Positions 15,509 to 29,437 of a stretch of DNA of 64,000 nt are shown here, piece after piece (the stretch's first letter is position 1; each line of letters opens with the position of its first letter). Both the position numbers and the translations under genes were made by a program. The notes beneath the pieces are model-generated. The model did not search any database and was not told where the DNA came from. It was given only the letters and a program-made list of their open reading frames with translations. The stretch is from the human T2T-CHM13v2.0 reference genome, Homo sapiens, in NCBI RefSeq assembly GCF_009914755.1, contig NC_060935.1; one strand, given 5' to 3'.

Positions 15509-15736
15509 TATACATATATAATATGTACATATAAATATACATATATAATATGTACATATAAATATACATATATAATATGTACATATAAATATACATATAT
15601 AATATGTACATATAAATATACATATATAATATGTACATATAAATATACATATATAATATGTACATATAAATATACATATATAATATGTACATATAAATAT
15701 ACATATATAATATGTACATATAAATATACATATATA
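15509..15736. repeat. AT-rich 27-bp minisatellite
   Basis: Eight perfect copies of TATACATATATAATATGTACATATAAA plus partial copies. Confidence 0.92.
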
Positions 15737-16989
15737 TGAAAATATGGACTATGTATAAAATCAAATGATCTCAAAATTATAAGCAATATAAAGGGTACAT
15801 GTAGGGTAATCTTGCATTCTGATTGGAATGTCCCTTATCACATCTCTGAAAGAATGCTTTTTGATCCATCCTTACACTCTTTACAGTAGTAGTAAACTCA
15901 CTCCTTCACAAAGCAACATATCTCACCAGTGTTTTTCTCCTTATACCGAAATGAAATCTAAGTTTTTATTAGTTTCACGTCTTTTTACTGGCTTTTCACC
16001 ATGGAAAACCACACGACAAATCTACATAGCAGTTTTTGTATTTGAAGTCAAGTGTCATGTCTCTACTTCTCTAAACAAAATATCCCTTGGGAGCTCTCAC
16101 AGTAGAAGGGGAGAAGTGTTGGCTTTGGAATCAGATCTGGGTTTAATTCTTAGCTCAATCACTTTCCAGCTGTGTGATCAAGGTATTAAATCTCTCTGTG
16201 CTTTAGTCTTTCTCTCCTACTTAATAAGTTTGTTTTGTGACTTAAATAAGAAAAAAACACTAAACTTGAAAAAAAAATCACAGTACTTACAAATATTCAA
16301 TCAATATTAACTGTTAGGTATATTAAATCATTTTCATATGCGATGAGCCACTTTATCAATTTATAATCTTTCTTTGAATGTATTTAGTTTATTAACGTTA
16401 CTTTTAAGATGCATTTGCTGGAAGAACACATAACAACTAAACAATTGTTAATTATTTATTAAATTCTGTCTTAAATGGTAATGCTAATTGTAGATATCTA
16501 CAAATTCCCAGAAATTTTGATGCAATTAAATTACAGGTGTTTAAATGTCACCACAGGCAAAGACATAAACATGTAAGAGACAGGCACAAAAAGAACCATG
16601 AACGCTTGAGGTCAGGATTGGAGTCCATTCTCTAGGCAAACACACTGGGAAGAGGTGTATATATTTTCTCTTTCAAAGCATCTCACTATTGTTATTTTAT
16701 TTTGGGTGGCAAATGTGGTTAACTTTAATTGCTCCCTCATAGCTACCAATGACTACATCATGAGAAATGCCCAACGGTATGTGAAGAAAGTAATCCAAGG
16801 AGAATGAGTGTGTTCACGTCTTGATAGTATACCCCCTTGGGACCTCCTTCTATAAACACCAAATTTGAGTTCCTGAGGCTGAGATACCACACTCTTCTGG
16901 AAACCAGAGAATGTGACTTGGTTTCTCTTTTACAATACTGCAGAAAATTCCACAATGGTCTATGTGGACTGCACGAGTGTTCAAAGGTA

Positions 16990-18560
16990 TTAAAGTTTCA
17001 GATTTTGTATTTAAATGTATGATTCATTTAAGTGTATTTTTGTATGAGGTGTTAGGCATGGGTCTGGGATCACTGGTTTTTGTTTTGTTTTGTTTTGTTT
17101 TACTATATGAATGGCTAATTGTTTCAGAATTATTTGGTATTTGTTGAAAAGACCATTTTTCTCTATTTACTTGCCTTTGCACAATTTTTCAAAAAACAAT
17201 TGACCATATATGTGTGGTTCTGTTCTCAGGATCTCTGTTCTGTTCTATTGAGTTATGAGTCCCTTCATCAATACCGTCAATACCACATGGTCTTAATTTA
17301 ACATAGCATTATGCATTATAGTAAGTTTTAAAATCTAGTAGTATGAGCCCTCAAACTTTGTTGTTTTTCAAAAGCGTCTATTATAATTATTCTTTACATA
17401 TAAACTTTAGAATTGTCTTCTTAATATCTAAAAAAAAAAATATTCTGTTGGAGTTCAGATCGAGAGTGCATTGATGATACAGTTTAGGTAGAATTGATTT
17501 CTTAATGATATTGAGTCTTCCAATCCATAAACACAGTTTGTTTCTCCATTTATATATGTCTTCTTTGATTGCTTCCATTAATGTTTTATTTTCAACATAC
17601 TGATCCTGCACATATTTTACTAGACTCAAAACTGTGTACTTTGGTGATGTTATAAATGATACTATTCGTTTTACTTTTGCTTTACAATTTTTAATTGCCA
17701 ATATATGGAAACATAACATATTTTTGTATATTGACTTTGCATACAGTGACTTTGCTAAATTCCCTTATTAGTTCTAGAAGCTTTTATTGTAGATTCCTTG
17801 GGATTTATTATGGAGATAAACATATTGTATGTAAATAGAAAAAGTTTCATTTTTTACTTTGTATCCTCTTGCCTTTTTTCTCTTTGTCACACTAGTTAGA
17901 ACTCCCAGTATGATGTTAATTATTTCTAATTTCTTAAGCATTAATTCTATATTTCAGTTCTAAATGTTTTCTTTGTTCCTTTTTTATAGTTTACATTTGT
18001 CTGCTGAGGACTTCTGTTCCTGCATTTATTTTAAATTTGTTTATTTATACCTTATGGAACACAGTCATAACAGATGCTTTAATATTTTTGATAATTCTAA
18101 TATCTGGGTAATCTCAGGGTTGGTATTTGTTGATCATCTCTTCTGTTGAGAATTGGTTACATTTTCTTGATTTTTTTGTATGCTAAATAATTTCAGATTT
18201 CATTCTGGACACTTTTCATGTTATGCTATTTAGACTCCAGATCCTGTTAAAATTCTCTGGAGAATATTGATTTTTGTTTGCTTCTTTGTTTGTTTTAACA
18301 CATTGTCAATCCATAGCATCAGACAAGTAGTTCCTCTTGCCTTCCATGGGCAGTGTTTCCAATGTCAGTACAATTTTCAAAGCCTTTAATATGCCGCATC
18401 GTGTTTGTCTTTCAAATGTACCGCTCAGAAGTTAGTATGAGATTTTGCCACGCAGAGGTCAGTCTAAGACCTGGGTGGTGTTTCAAATTGTCTTTCAGTT
18501 TTCAAAGCCTTTGTGATACTTCCTTGGGTCTGTTCCACACATGCACAGCTTAGGAGTGAG
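16990..18560 (-). mobile_element. Old L1M fragments
   Basis: ORF 17387-17719 resembles L1 ORF2 (WIGRLNIIK). Confidence 0.65.
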
Positions 18561-18629
18561 CTCTGGCTTTGTTTCCTTCCCCAGCTCTCTTATCTAAAGA
18601 AATATGCACCAGTCTCCCCTGTCGATCCC

Positions 18630-18632
<3 letters not shown>

Positions 18633-18678
<46 letters not shown>
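18633..18678. repeat. (AC)23 microsatellite
   Basis: Read directly from the sequence. Confidence 0.95.
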
Positions 18679-18680
<2 letters not shown>

Positions 18681-18919
18681 CTTCATTTATTATTATAAAC
18701 TAGGGTTAATAATGGAAATGTAAGATTCATTTAACATTTGAACGTCAATCAGTGTAATTCCCCAATAAACAAGACAAAATAGAAAAACCTATGTGCGTTC
18801 CCAATAAAAACTCTCAGGAAATTCAGAATAGAAGAGCACTTCCTCAACCTGTAAAAAGGCATCTACTAAGATTGACGGCTAACATTATGCTTAGTAGTAA
18901 AACACTGAATGTTTCCTCT

Positions 18920-19370
18920 GTCCGTTTTTTATCTTTCATCTCTCATTTCTAAATTCATCCTTTTTGCAGGCTGCGTAATAATGAAGCTGAGCCTTTTAAA
19001 ATAGTTCTTCTCTGCCCTTGGGCAACGTGCTATGTGTTGTCAATACAGGGCACTGGAAGGATACCTAAAGAGAAACAGGTTTTGTCCTGGTTAAGGCTTG
19101 TCTCTCTTGCCCATATCCTATAGAGCATATTTTCTTTTTCTCCACTGTAGGGCCTCTCATGGTTTCTTCAGTGCTAGGCTTGTGTCGGCTGGAAATTTCT
19201 CTAGCAGTTGGCCACCACTCATTTTTTTTCAGCACTAAACTGAGGCAGTGGTGGCATTGCCAGGAGGCTTAGAAGAAACCTGCAACCCAACTGAGATCAC
19301 TGTTCTTCACACCCTCTTCTTACCTCAGGGCACATGCGTGTACCCTGGGGGTGGGGCAATTAATGTAGCA
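18920..19370. mobile_element. ERVL LTR (LTR33-like)
   Basis: taataatgaagctgagcc...gtcaatacagggcactggaaggatac resembles the LTR33 consensus as remembered. Confidence 0.5.
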
Positions 19371-21697
19371 ATTAACGTAGCAAGCTAAGTGCACAGTTAT
19401 TACCTGATGCAGCCAGCCCGCTGCCTCAGCCCAAGATGGACAGTTTTAACATTTAGATAACTAAATCTTGCTAATTGTGCAGCATTAGGTAGACAGTTTG
19501 GAGACCAGTCTGTTATATTGTTATAATCCAAATTAAATGCACAAGTGCTTGGGAAATTATGTTTCATATAGAAAATATAAATTAGCAATGACTATATAAG
19601 TAATATACATTTATGTATAAGAATATACATTTGTTATAAACAAATATAAAACATGCAACCATAGAATAAAGATAAATAGCACACCCCTCAGAAATAACCA
19701 TAATAATATATTCCTGTACAATTTTCATCAATATATGTGAAGGTGTATTCATTTACTTATATAACTACTAGAGGACATTTAATTTGGTATAATCTTTCTG
19801 AAATGCGATATATAGCAAAAGTTTGTAAAATATTCTTATTATTGACCCAGAAACTACTTTTCTGTGAACAAATTTTAAGGAAAAAGTATGAATAATAATT
19901 TAGCTATTAGAATGACTTGACATTTTCTATCATCAAAAAGGAAAACTAAAAGAACCTAATTGTTTAATAAAAAGGAATGAGATACCACTCAGTAAATATT
20001 AGCTATTCCTATTAACAGGATGTCTTAGAGCTGAAAATAGACATCAAGTTTATTTGATCAATTCACCATTTTTAATTGAGGCCCAGAAAGAGGACACTAT
20101 GTGACTCAATAGTCATTCCATGATACTTAATGTAAATATGTATCTAATTAACATTTTATCTTCTACTATGCTATTTTATCTACTGTAATAACAAACATAA
20201 ATTAAAATGCCATTTAAATTGTAATTAAAATAAAATGAAGGGGAGGACGAGCATAGCTGATTTTTTTCACTTTGTTCCATTTTCCTACTTAATGGATTGT
20301 ACTTACTTGGCTTCACACTCAGCCTTTCTACAGGGAAAGAATCAGTCATGCGGACTGCATTATGCAAGTTCTGGGGACAAACTCAGTTCTCTTTTAAATT
20401 AATATATTGGCCTTCTGGTTGTGGATCTATCTCCCATGTAACCTGACTGAATCGGAAGACTGACAGTACCTTCAAGTGTCCTGCATTTGTTGTAATTTAA
20501 AAACTAGCATTCTGCTCCTGTGCATCAGCTTGCTGAGCTTGATTATTGTGAAATCCATTCCCAAAAGAATGATTTCCTCTGCAGACAAAATTAGATTTGC
20601 AAGCTTGCAGGGCTGAGGGCAGATTCTAGACTAAAATTAATATACCAAGGTTGTGACTGTCATTCTGTGGGGCCTTTTGAACAGCCTGCCAGGCTTCTCC
20701 AGGGGTACACTTATCTATATTAAATGTACCCTACGCAATTATACTGATAGAACTGTGGAAGACAGAGGCTTACGCATTTTGTGCTGGAGCCAGGTTTCCA
20801 ATGCAAGTCTTCTAAGTGCTGGTTCTATGCTCTTTTGATAATTCTTAAATTTTTCTGCTAAAGTAACTTAAATGGCAGACAAGAGTTAATATGCTAAAGG
20901 CATGAAATGAGGAAGAGAAGGCAGGTTAAAATTGAGGCAATTTTTAAGTCTCATTTATATTCAAACTTCTCTTACATCAACAATTTTAACATAAAAATTG
21001 CTGGGTTTACACCATCACATTTTTAAGCCAAATTAGGTCTTTAAGAAAATGAACTCTGTTTATTCTTTACATGAGTTTTCCCAAGTCTATCTTCAGCTGT
21101 GCCTTGTCCACAATTTGAGAAACACTGTATTGTTTCCTTCCCAGGCATGTTAAGACACTGTGAATGTTTGTGAGAGATTAATGTTTGTGGATGATGTTAT
21201 CACTCCTAAATAGATCGTAAACTTTCATGCAGAAAGGTATGTGTATATGTATTGGGTCTGACATTTCATTACAAATAACTATTTCTCAATATGTTGAGAT
21301 TCTCTTTCAGGTCTATAGCCATAAAACTGATAGTTTCCTCAGAAGTGCATATACATCTTTGCCTGTACCCATTTTAGGAAAAAAAAAATCCAAGCCCTTA
21401 AAGAAGAAAGGGCTTCATAGTTTTCAAGTCAGATGAATCATAACAAATGATATTGTATCAAATTTATAAAGATTTACAGTTTTATTTATTCACATATTTA
21501 ACTTATCTTACTCTCATAACGGTTTTATAAGAAAGGAAGAATTGGAGTAGTGTGATTTCTTTACAAATGAGTATATGCAGGAATGCAGTTTCACAAGTGA
21601 ATCTGGAGCCAGGGCTTCCTGTCTCCTGATTTACTCATGAACTCCTTACTAGGAAGGAATAAGGAGACCAAAACTACAGACAGTTCAGAAATGAGTC

Positions 21698-22044
21698 TGT
21701 ATTAATCCGTTTTCACATTGCTATAAGGAACTGCTGGAGACTAGGTTATTCATAAAGAAGAGAGGTTTAATTGACTCACAGTTCTACATGGCTGGGGAAG
21801 CCTCAGGAAACTTACAATCATAGCAGAAGGGAACGCAGGCACATCTCACATGGCGGGAGGTGTGAGACAGAGCAGGAAAAACTACCATTTATAAAACCAT
21901 CAGATCTTGTGAGAATTCACTCACTATTACAAGAACAGCATGGAGGAAACTGCCCCCATAATCCAACCACCTCCCTCTCTTGACACACGGGGATTACAGG
22001 TCCCTCTGTCGACACGTGGATGTGGACACAGGGCTAAACCATAT
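21698..22044 (-). mobile_element. MaLR solo LTR (MST/THE1-like)
   Basis: tgtattaatccgttttcac...gaggtttaattgactcacagttc...aaaccatat. 5-bp TSD GAGTC at 21693-21697 and 22045-22049. Confidence 0.88.
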
Positions 22045-22524
22045 GAGTCCTTGACATGTAGTATAGTAAACGGTCGTATTTGGCTGATTCTGTGAAGTTA
22101 AACATTGTTCCATTTGTTTATTGGCTACTGGACGTTCTGTTTTCAATGTAAATTGCTGCTTATATCTTTTGCCTGGTTTTCTATTAGGCTTTTTGTCCTT
22201 TGCTTATTAATTTGTGGGGCTTTTAAAATTATAGATATCAATTATTTTGTGTTTCAGTTATCCTTTTCTGATTTGTAGCTTGCCTTTAGCTTTATGTATG
22301 ATGCCTTTTATTGTAAAGTTTTTTAATGTGGCTGTATTTATGATTCATTTTCTTTAAAAATTATGCTCACTTGAAGTCATAAAGTCCTCTGTTTTCTTAT
22401 TTTTATATTATAATCATTTCAAAATAATTACATATAGCAAAATGAACAGGTATTAAGTATATAATTCAATGAGTTTTGATAAATACATTCATTCAAATAA
22501 CTAGCACACCTATCAAGATAAAGA

Positions 22525-22805
22525 GTAGTGGTGCAAAATATGGGTTATGGGGCAAATCCAGCCCAGAGTTTAGTATTGTTTGTGAGCTAATATCACTTTT
22601 TACATTTTTAAATGGTTGAAAAAAATCAAAATAAAATTACATAAAATTTAAATTTTAGTGTTTATAAATAAAATTGTATTGTACAAGACCACATTCATTC
22701 ATTACAATATAATAGTTCAGTAGTTACAATGGAATCCTTATGGTCTGTGAACTCTAAACTATTTGTTATCTGGTTTTTTAGAGAAAACATGTCAGTCTCT
22801 AATGT
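22525..22805. mobile_element. MER58-like hAT-Charlie element within old L1ME fragments
   Basis: ggggcaaatccagccc...ttttacatttttaaatggttgaaaaaaatcaaaa. Confidence 0.55.
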
Positions 22806-25800
22806 AGGCCATTGCTATCACCTGAGAAAGTTTTTTTGTGTTTATATCCAGTATGAGTATTTACTTCTTCCAAAGAAACAATCATCATTATGAATTTTAT
22901 CTTCACAGGTTTATATTGCCTATTCTTGCACTTGAAATAAATTGATTTATACTGTGTGTACTCTTGTGTTTGTGGTTTCTTGGCCTAGACATATTATTAA
23001 ATGATATTCATCTGTTTGGTTGCATGCCTCGATAGATTGTCCCTTTTTATTACTAAGTGGTGTTCCATTATACATATATTCCATAATTTCCTTCTCCATT
23101 TATCAGATGACGGACATTTCTTGATTTTTTTGCTATTATGAATAAAGATTTAATAGACATTCTAGTATATTTTTATTTCTGCACTGTTTAACATTTTACA
23201 CTACAACATGTAAAATTTGAGAGATGCCATTTCTCTGAATCCTCTCCAATACTGGATATTTTAATCTTTTAAATTTTAACCCTTCTAGTGGGTGTGTAAT
23301 GGTATCTCTTCATGGTTTTAATTTGAATTTTCCTGATGACTATTAATATTGAAATGGCCTAATGTATTTGTAAGCCCTAGTATACAGTTCATATAAAGTT
23401 TCTTTTACTCATTTTTTTAATAATTGGTTGTAGGAATTATTTATAAAAGTTGGATATAAGTCATTTGTTGGACACATTTGTTTTGTGTTTGTATATGTGT
23501 GTGTGTACATTATTTTTCCAGCCTGTGTGTGCACTTTTTTTATTCTAAAATAGTGTCTTTTAATAATAAAAAATTTTAAATTTTGATGGAGTCACATTTA
23601 TCATTTTTCTTGGTATTCTATGTAAGAAATGTTTGACTACCTTCCAGTCACAAAGATAGCTCTTATGCTCCCTTCTGTAATCAATCTCTAGTTAGTGTGT
23701 GTGTATGGTGTCAGGCATTGAATCAGGTTCAGCTTTTGGATACAGACATCTAGTCAATCAGAACAATCTGTTGAACAGATTTTCTTTTCCTCATTGATTT
23801 CCATCAGTGCGTATGCCTGAAAATAATAAAGATAGACAATAGAATATAGGGTACAAAGTAGGTCCCTATATAGATGGTCAGTTGATCTTAACAAAGGAAA
23901 ATGTCAAGGCAAGTTGATAGTGCTATGATGCATGCAAATCATGGTGAATCTGAAAGTAATTATGCCGAATAAAAGACATCAAGTAAAGAGTATATACTGT
24001 ATGGCCTTATAAACACAAAATTCTTGGAAATGCTAATAATCTACAATGACAAAAGTGGATTCATGATTGCCTAGGAAAGGGTGGAAAAAGGTTGAGGGAA
24101 GGATTATAATGGAGTATGAGAAAAGTTTGTATACAGTTCAAAAAAAAAAGAAAATGACCAATTGTACAAGTCAATATAGTGGGTACTTCTTGAAGATGGG
24201 TATTGACTCGGGAAAAGCAAAAGGGGGCCTCCAGGAGTGATGCTAATATTCTATATCTTTACCTGGAGAGTCACTAAATAGATATAAACATCATTAGCAA
24301 TTTAAAGAGCTATACTCTTGGTGCATTTTCTGTGTATACATATATAAAATTCATTAAAATGCAGTGGAGGAATATCTTAAAAACTGATTGGAGTAGAAGA
24401 TAAAGCCCTTTGAATCCCCTGTATTCAACACAGACACACAAAAATAATGTTAAAACACCCCTAAAACATTATCCTCATTTATTTTATGCTACACACTTCT
24501 TTCAATATGAAAAGAAAGAATGTCTGTTAAAGCACTACGGATTTTTCATTCAAGCCGTCATACATATCAGTATCATTTATCATGCCCGTCTTCTTAACTT
24601 ACTATATACTTTGCATATTGTCCCTGCCAGTACTATTTCACAAAATTATTTTAATGATACCATATTTATTCTACTGGATATCTGAATCTTACTCAAACCT
24701 ATAACTTTGAAGAACATTTAACTCAATTCATTATTTTGTTATTGTCAATATATTTATAGCTCTGCCTTTGACAATGTCACTTTTATTTCTTAAGTATGCA
24801 TGCCTAGAAATTGAATAACGTGGTAAAATTGTGTGGAATTATTTGGCGTATATTATTTGATATATATTATCAACCTGTCTTACAGAAATTAATACAGTTA
24901 TCTATATATATTATCATTCTTGTTTACCTCACCTTTAAGATTTATTAAAATATTATTTACCATTTCACAGGTAAATAAGTATATGACTTATTTTATTTGA
25001 ACTTTTATTTTTAGTATGGTTGACCAAGTTTAATAGCTACTATATATATATAATGAATATTATATATATAATATTCATATAATATTCACAGTGAAACTTC
25101 TGCATACTTTTCTATGGGATATTAATCTTTTTTGTATTAACTTCAAATCACCATTTACGTATTTTTATTTTGGTCAGCTAAAATTCTTTTTCTCTTCTCC
25201 ATTGTCCTTATTTTCCCTTCTGTAGTAAGACAAAAACATCCTAATAGTGTGCTGATGAGGGTTTTTTCAGCAGAAAAAGGATTTTGTGTCACTTTTCTTA
25301 AGAGTTACTTCGAATTTCCCAATTATAATTTTGAATCTTCTGTATTTCTTGATTCTACTTTTCTCTAAAATAGCCTTGCCATTTTTTTTACTCTTAACTG
25401 ATTGGAATCTGTTTTTCTAAATCCTAGGGTATATGTAGGAAGAATGAGACACCTCTCCTGGCTTCTGATGTTCCCATCCCTGAGGAGGAACACCTATTAC
25501 TCTAATACTCCCGCCTCTGTTTCACACCTTTACTCACTTTCCCCAGGAAGGTGGGATGACTTTTCTGATGATTAGTTGTGAAAAAGAAATGGTTCTCTTT
25601 TTTGTTGTTCTTTTTGAGAGTTAGCATATTTTAGAAACAATATATCCTTGGTTATCCTTGCCTATGAAATTCTACCTCTACTAATAGAGACCTACAGGGA
25701 TCCAGCATTTTCTATGGTTCAAGTGGCAATTTTGTCTAATGCTAGGGCTTGGTATTAAGAAATTTATTTGCCCCAAAATATACCTTGCCAAACAACCAGT

Positions 25801-28494
25801 ATCTGGTGGTTTGGACCAGGGTTATGAAGAACTTAACAGCAAAAGTAGATTTAAGTACAAAAGTGTACTTACAAGTTTGGGACTTTCCATGAGGATTTTG
25901 ACCTCAGGAGCATGCAGTGACATTTATTTTGCAATATTTTATAGTTTACAGTTTATGTGTAACTTTTAACTGTAGTGATCCCAGCAGGCAGCTGTGGTTC
26001 CTGACCTCTGACAATGTAAGATTTTAACTTCCACTGGTGCATATACAGAAGAGTTGTTTACAAATAAGTGAATAACTTTAGAAGAGCACAGATTCATTCC
26101 CCTGGAGATCATGCTGCTAGTGCTAGGCCCTAAGCAAAAGGCAAATGCCTCAGGAAAGGCTGTCTTCTGAAAAATGTGAGCAAAGTGAGGCTCCACAAAG
26201 CCCTGGGTCCTATAATCCTAAGTAATTGTAGGCTGGATAGTTTGAGCAACCTTAGCAACTGCGAAAGCCACTTAAGAATCAGAAAATATTGGTGCAGCTT
26301 AAAATTGAACACAAAGGGGAAGCTTTTTTCAAGAAAGTCATGATATGATTATAGGGAAAAGAGAATATTTTCATATAAAGGTATTTTAGACACAGGGGAT
26401 GGGATAATAATTGGTTATTTTCACAGTTTTCCAGCTTGTCCACATGCTTGAGGGTTAACTCTCACCAAATGGTCTCAAGCTCTCCCTGGATTTGTTAAAT
26501 GTATAAGTTCTGAGCAGGGCTACAAATATCCATCTTCTAAATTGGAGCTTTCCCTTTAAAGGGGTGGTAGATTTCACTCATGAACCAAAAAATAAAAAAT
26601 AAAAATAAAAATAACGGGGGAAGAGGGTCTTAGCATAAAAATAATATTGCATCTAAATATACTGAGAAAGAGAAACAGTTCAATTGAATTATTGCAAAGC
26701 TAACAACTAAGAATACAGTTTTAAAATCTGGGTTTGGAACACCCTGTTTCTAAGAATCAAATCTGCTTAGAAAATAAAGTGATTTAGAAAGAATGCTTCA
26801 GTTTTATAACCCTAACAAGAGCAGAAGAAAAATGAGACTAAAAGTAAAATAAGTTAATTAAACTGGAATAAGAGAGAGAAGAGGACAGGTTAGAAAACTA
26901 TGTGGCACCAAATGATAATTTGAAGGTCAGGATCCTGGATTCAGAAAAGTGTTAATTGCACTATTAAAGCTGCTGAAAAAGAGTAAGTAGTATGTGTTCC
27001 CCTCAAAAAGATCTTAAGGAATGGGAGGACTTGAGAAGATATAGGCACTGTATCTGAGAAACTCTAAGATAACATTAAAAAATATTAGAGCAAGGCATAC
27101 AGAAGAGAAGATGTATTAAGGGGAAGGTGAGCAAGGCCACGGTAAATGTTTAGGACCTGGTTCAACAAACTGATAGGAAGATGTATTCTGGGTGAGATTA
27201 TCAAAATGTAGGAGCTAAAGGTAGACAAGCTTTGTTAGAACAGTAGGATTTTGGTAGATACAAAATTTACTGATTTCTTATTTCTTGCTTGGAATGATTC
27301 TTTAAGCTAAAATCTAGAGTATTAGGTTGTAAAAATTATTTTGGCAAAAACAAAGAAAAAGTAAAGGGAGAAAGGCAACTAATTTCAGCAAACACTAATG
27401 GTTTAATATGTGATATAGAGTGAAGAAAACTAACTTGATATGGAAGTTAAAATGCTAGAAATTCAATGGAATATTCCTGGGAAGAAGAGAAAACAGCTGA
27501 GGGATGCAGAACAGTAGAGGCATCTTATTACTACCCAGCAACATACAAAAGCTAAAAACAAAAACAGAAGGAAATGTTACATGAGACCTAAGACCTGTGA
27601 AAACCCAAGAAAAGCATTGTATACAGAGCTCTTGGTACCTACTTTTACTGTAAGGTCACATGCTCAAAAACATGGACCACAGCTTCAGTTCAGGAATCTG
27701 CAGAGGACAATTCTCCAACTGAAACAAATGTGGGGGTTATATCTTCCCTATGAGGAAGGTTTTTCAACCTTAGGCAACTCCATTGCAATAGATAGTGAAA
27801 ACACATGGTCAGAGGTCCCTTAGTGTAGAACTGTGGTGTTAAAGTAGATATACAAATACAAAAAAAACAAAACCAGATCCATGAAGAACAAGGAAATGAA
27901 AATAAAGAGATTTTTAATATACTGAGTAGAAAAAAAAATAGTAAAAGCGATTCGAATAAGACCTGCTGACTAGAATTGCCATTCTTGTTCTTAACTTTTT
28001 CTTTTCTTTTCTATTCTTTCCTTTTCTTTTCTTTTTTCTTTTCTTTTCTGTTCTTTTCCCTTGTGTATTTGTCTAATTCCCTGAAGAATTAATAGATATC
28101 TGGGATCAGGCTAACATACCTCTTAGCATTCATATCAGTGGACAACTCAGTACCTCCCACATAGCAAGTATTCAACAAGCAAACATGGGATATTAGGAAG
28201 AGAGGACTGACATTGGAGAAAATCTGAATTCTCATGTCTTTTCTATCACAATTGGTAAAAAAAATTAAAACTACCTAGACCTTAGTTTTCCTATCAAAAG
28301 ATAAGAATGTTAATACCTGCTTTACACAATTCTTTTATTTTGTTGAGAAAGTTGAATCAATCATAGATGGGAAAGTATTTTTAAAATCTAGATATTATGT
28401 ATGTTACAACAGAATAACATGAAAATAGAAAAAAGGAATATATGTTCATTGGAACTATTCATTTTTCCCATCTATAAATCCCCCAAATCAGGAC

Positions 28495-29421
28495 TCATTT
28501 TCCTACTAAGACCTTCCTTAATGCTTTCTTCACATCCTTATTCCTCAGACTGTATATTAAAGGGTTCAGCATGGGGATCACCGTGGTGTAGAATACAGAG
28601 GACACCTTCTCCTGGTCCAGGGAGTTACTTGAAGGGGGCTTGAAATACATGAAGGTAATGGACCCAAAGAAGATCACCACAGCCATGAGATGAGAGCTGC
28701 ATGTTCCAAAAGCTTTGGACCGGCCCTCTGAGGAGCGGATGTGAAGGATGCTGTAGAGGATGAAGGCATAGGAGACAGCAACAGCTAGGGTGGGCACCAA
28801 GGTGTTAAACCCCGCAATGATAAAAAGTAGAAGCTCATTGGGGTGTGTGTTGGAGCAGGAGAGATTGAGGAGGGGAAGAACATCACAGAAGTAATGGTTG
28901 ATAATGTGGGATTTGCAAAAGGACAGTTTCATCATGGCACTTGTATGAGTCAAGGCAGAGAGAAAGCCCAAGAAGAAGGCAGCCAGCACTAGCAGTGAGC
29001 AGACCCATGAGGACATGATCGCATTATAAAGCAGTGGGCTCCAGATGGCAACATAGCGATCATATGCCATGGCAGTCAGGAGGTAACCCTCAGCCACCAC
29101 AAAGACCACAAAGAAAAAGAGCTGGACCATGCACTCAGAGTAAAGGATTGTATTCTTCTTTCCTAGGAAGTTCACCAGCATTTTGGGAGTAATGACAGAG
29201 GAATAGCAGAAATCGACGAAGGACAAGCTGCTGAGGAAATAGTACATGGGGGTGTGAAGTAGAGGGCTGACTGCAATCAGGAGAATCATGCCCAGGTTGC
29301 CCACTACTGTGACCACATAGATTCCCAGGAACAGGAGGAAGAGGGGCAGCTGGAGCTCTGCTTGCTGTGTTAAACCATCTAAGACAAACTGAGCTGCCAT
29401 AGAATAATTTTCCATGGTCAT
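28495..29421 (-). CDS. OR8D1: Olfactory receptor family 8 subfamily D member 1 (308 aa, 7TM GPCR)
   Basis: Intact 308-aa ORF with N-glycosylation sequon NYS and OR motifs [43 protein letters not shown]. The protein is recognised as human OR8D1. Confidence 0.96.
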   Translation of the reverse strand: MTMENYSMAAQFVLDGLTQQAELQLPLFLLFLGIYVVTVVGNLGMILLIAVSPLLHTPMYYFLSSLSFVDFCYSSVITPKMLVNFLGKKNTILYSECMVQLFFFVVFVVAEGYLLTAMAYDRYVAIWSPLLYNAIMSSWVCSLLVLAAFFLGFLSALTHTSAMMKLSFCKSHIINHYFCDVLPLLNLSCSNTHPNELLLFIIAGFNTLVPTLAVAVSYAFILYSILHIRSSEGRSKAFGTCSSHLMAVVIFFGSITFMYFKPPSSNSLDQEKVSSVFYTTVIPMLNPLIYSLRNKDVKKALRKVLVGK

Positions 29422-29437
29422 TCTTCTTTAGGCATTT

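Noticed and set aside
15384-15736. The known t(11;22) PATRR11
   Set aside because: That element is several hundred bp long and maps to 11q23, not this OR cluster. Only the structural analogy holds.
15426-15786. Repetitive ORFs (YTYIICTYK etc.) or a CRISPR-like array
   Set aside because: Translation of a 27-bp minisatellite. There are no unique spacers and the context is eukaryotic.
15828-16310. 160-aa ORF
   Set aside because: No recognisable domain and it runs through a MIR-like fragment.
25053-25078. 26-bp perfect palindrome
   Set aside because: Centred on (TA)n in low-complexity DNA, so expected by slippage.
29285-29360. Recent gene conversion between OR8D1 and OR8D2 in TM1 (25 identical residues)
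   Set aside because: The nucleotide sequences differ at many synonymous sites, which fits purifying selection.
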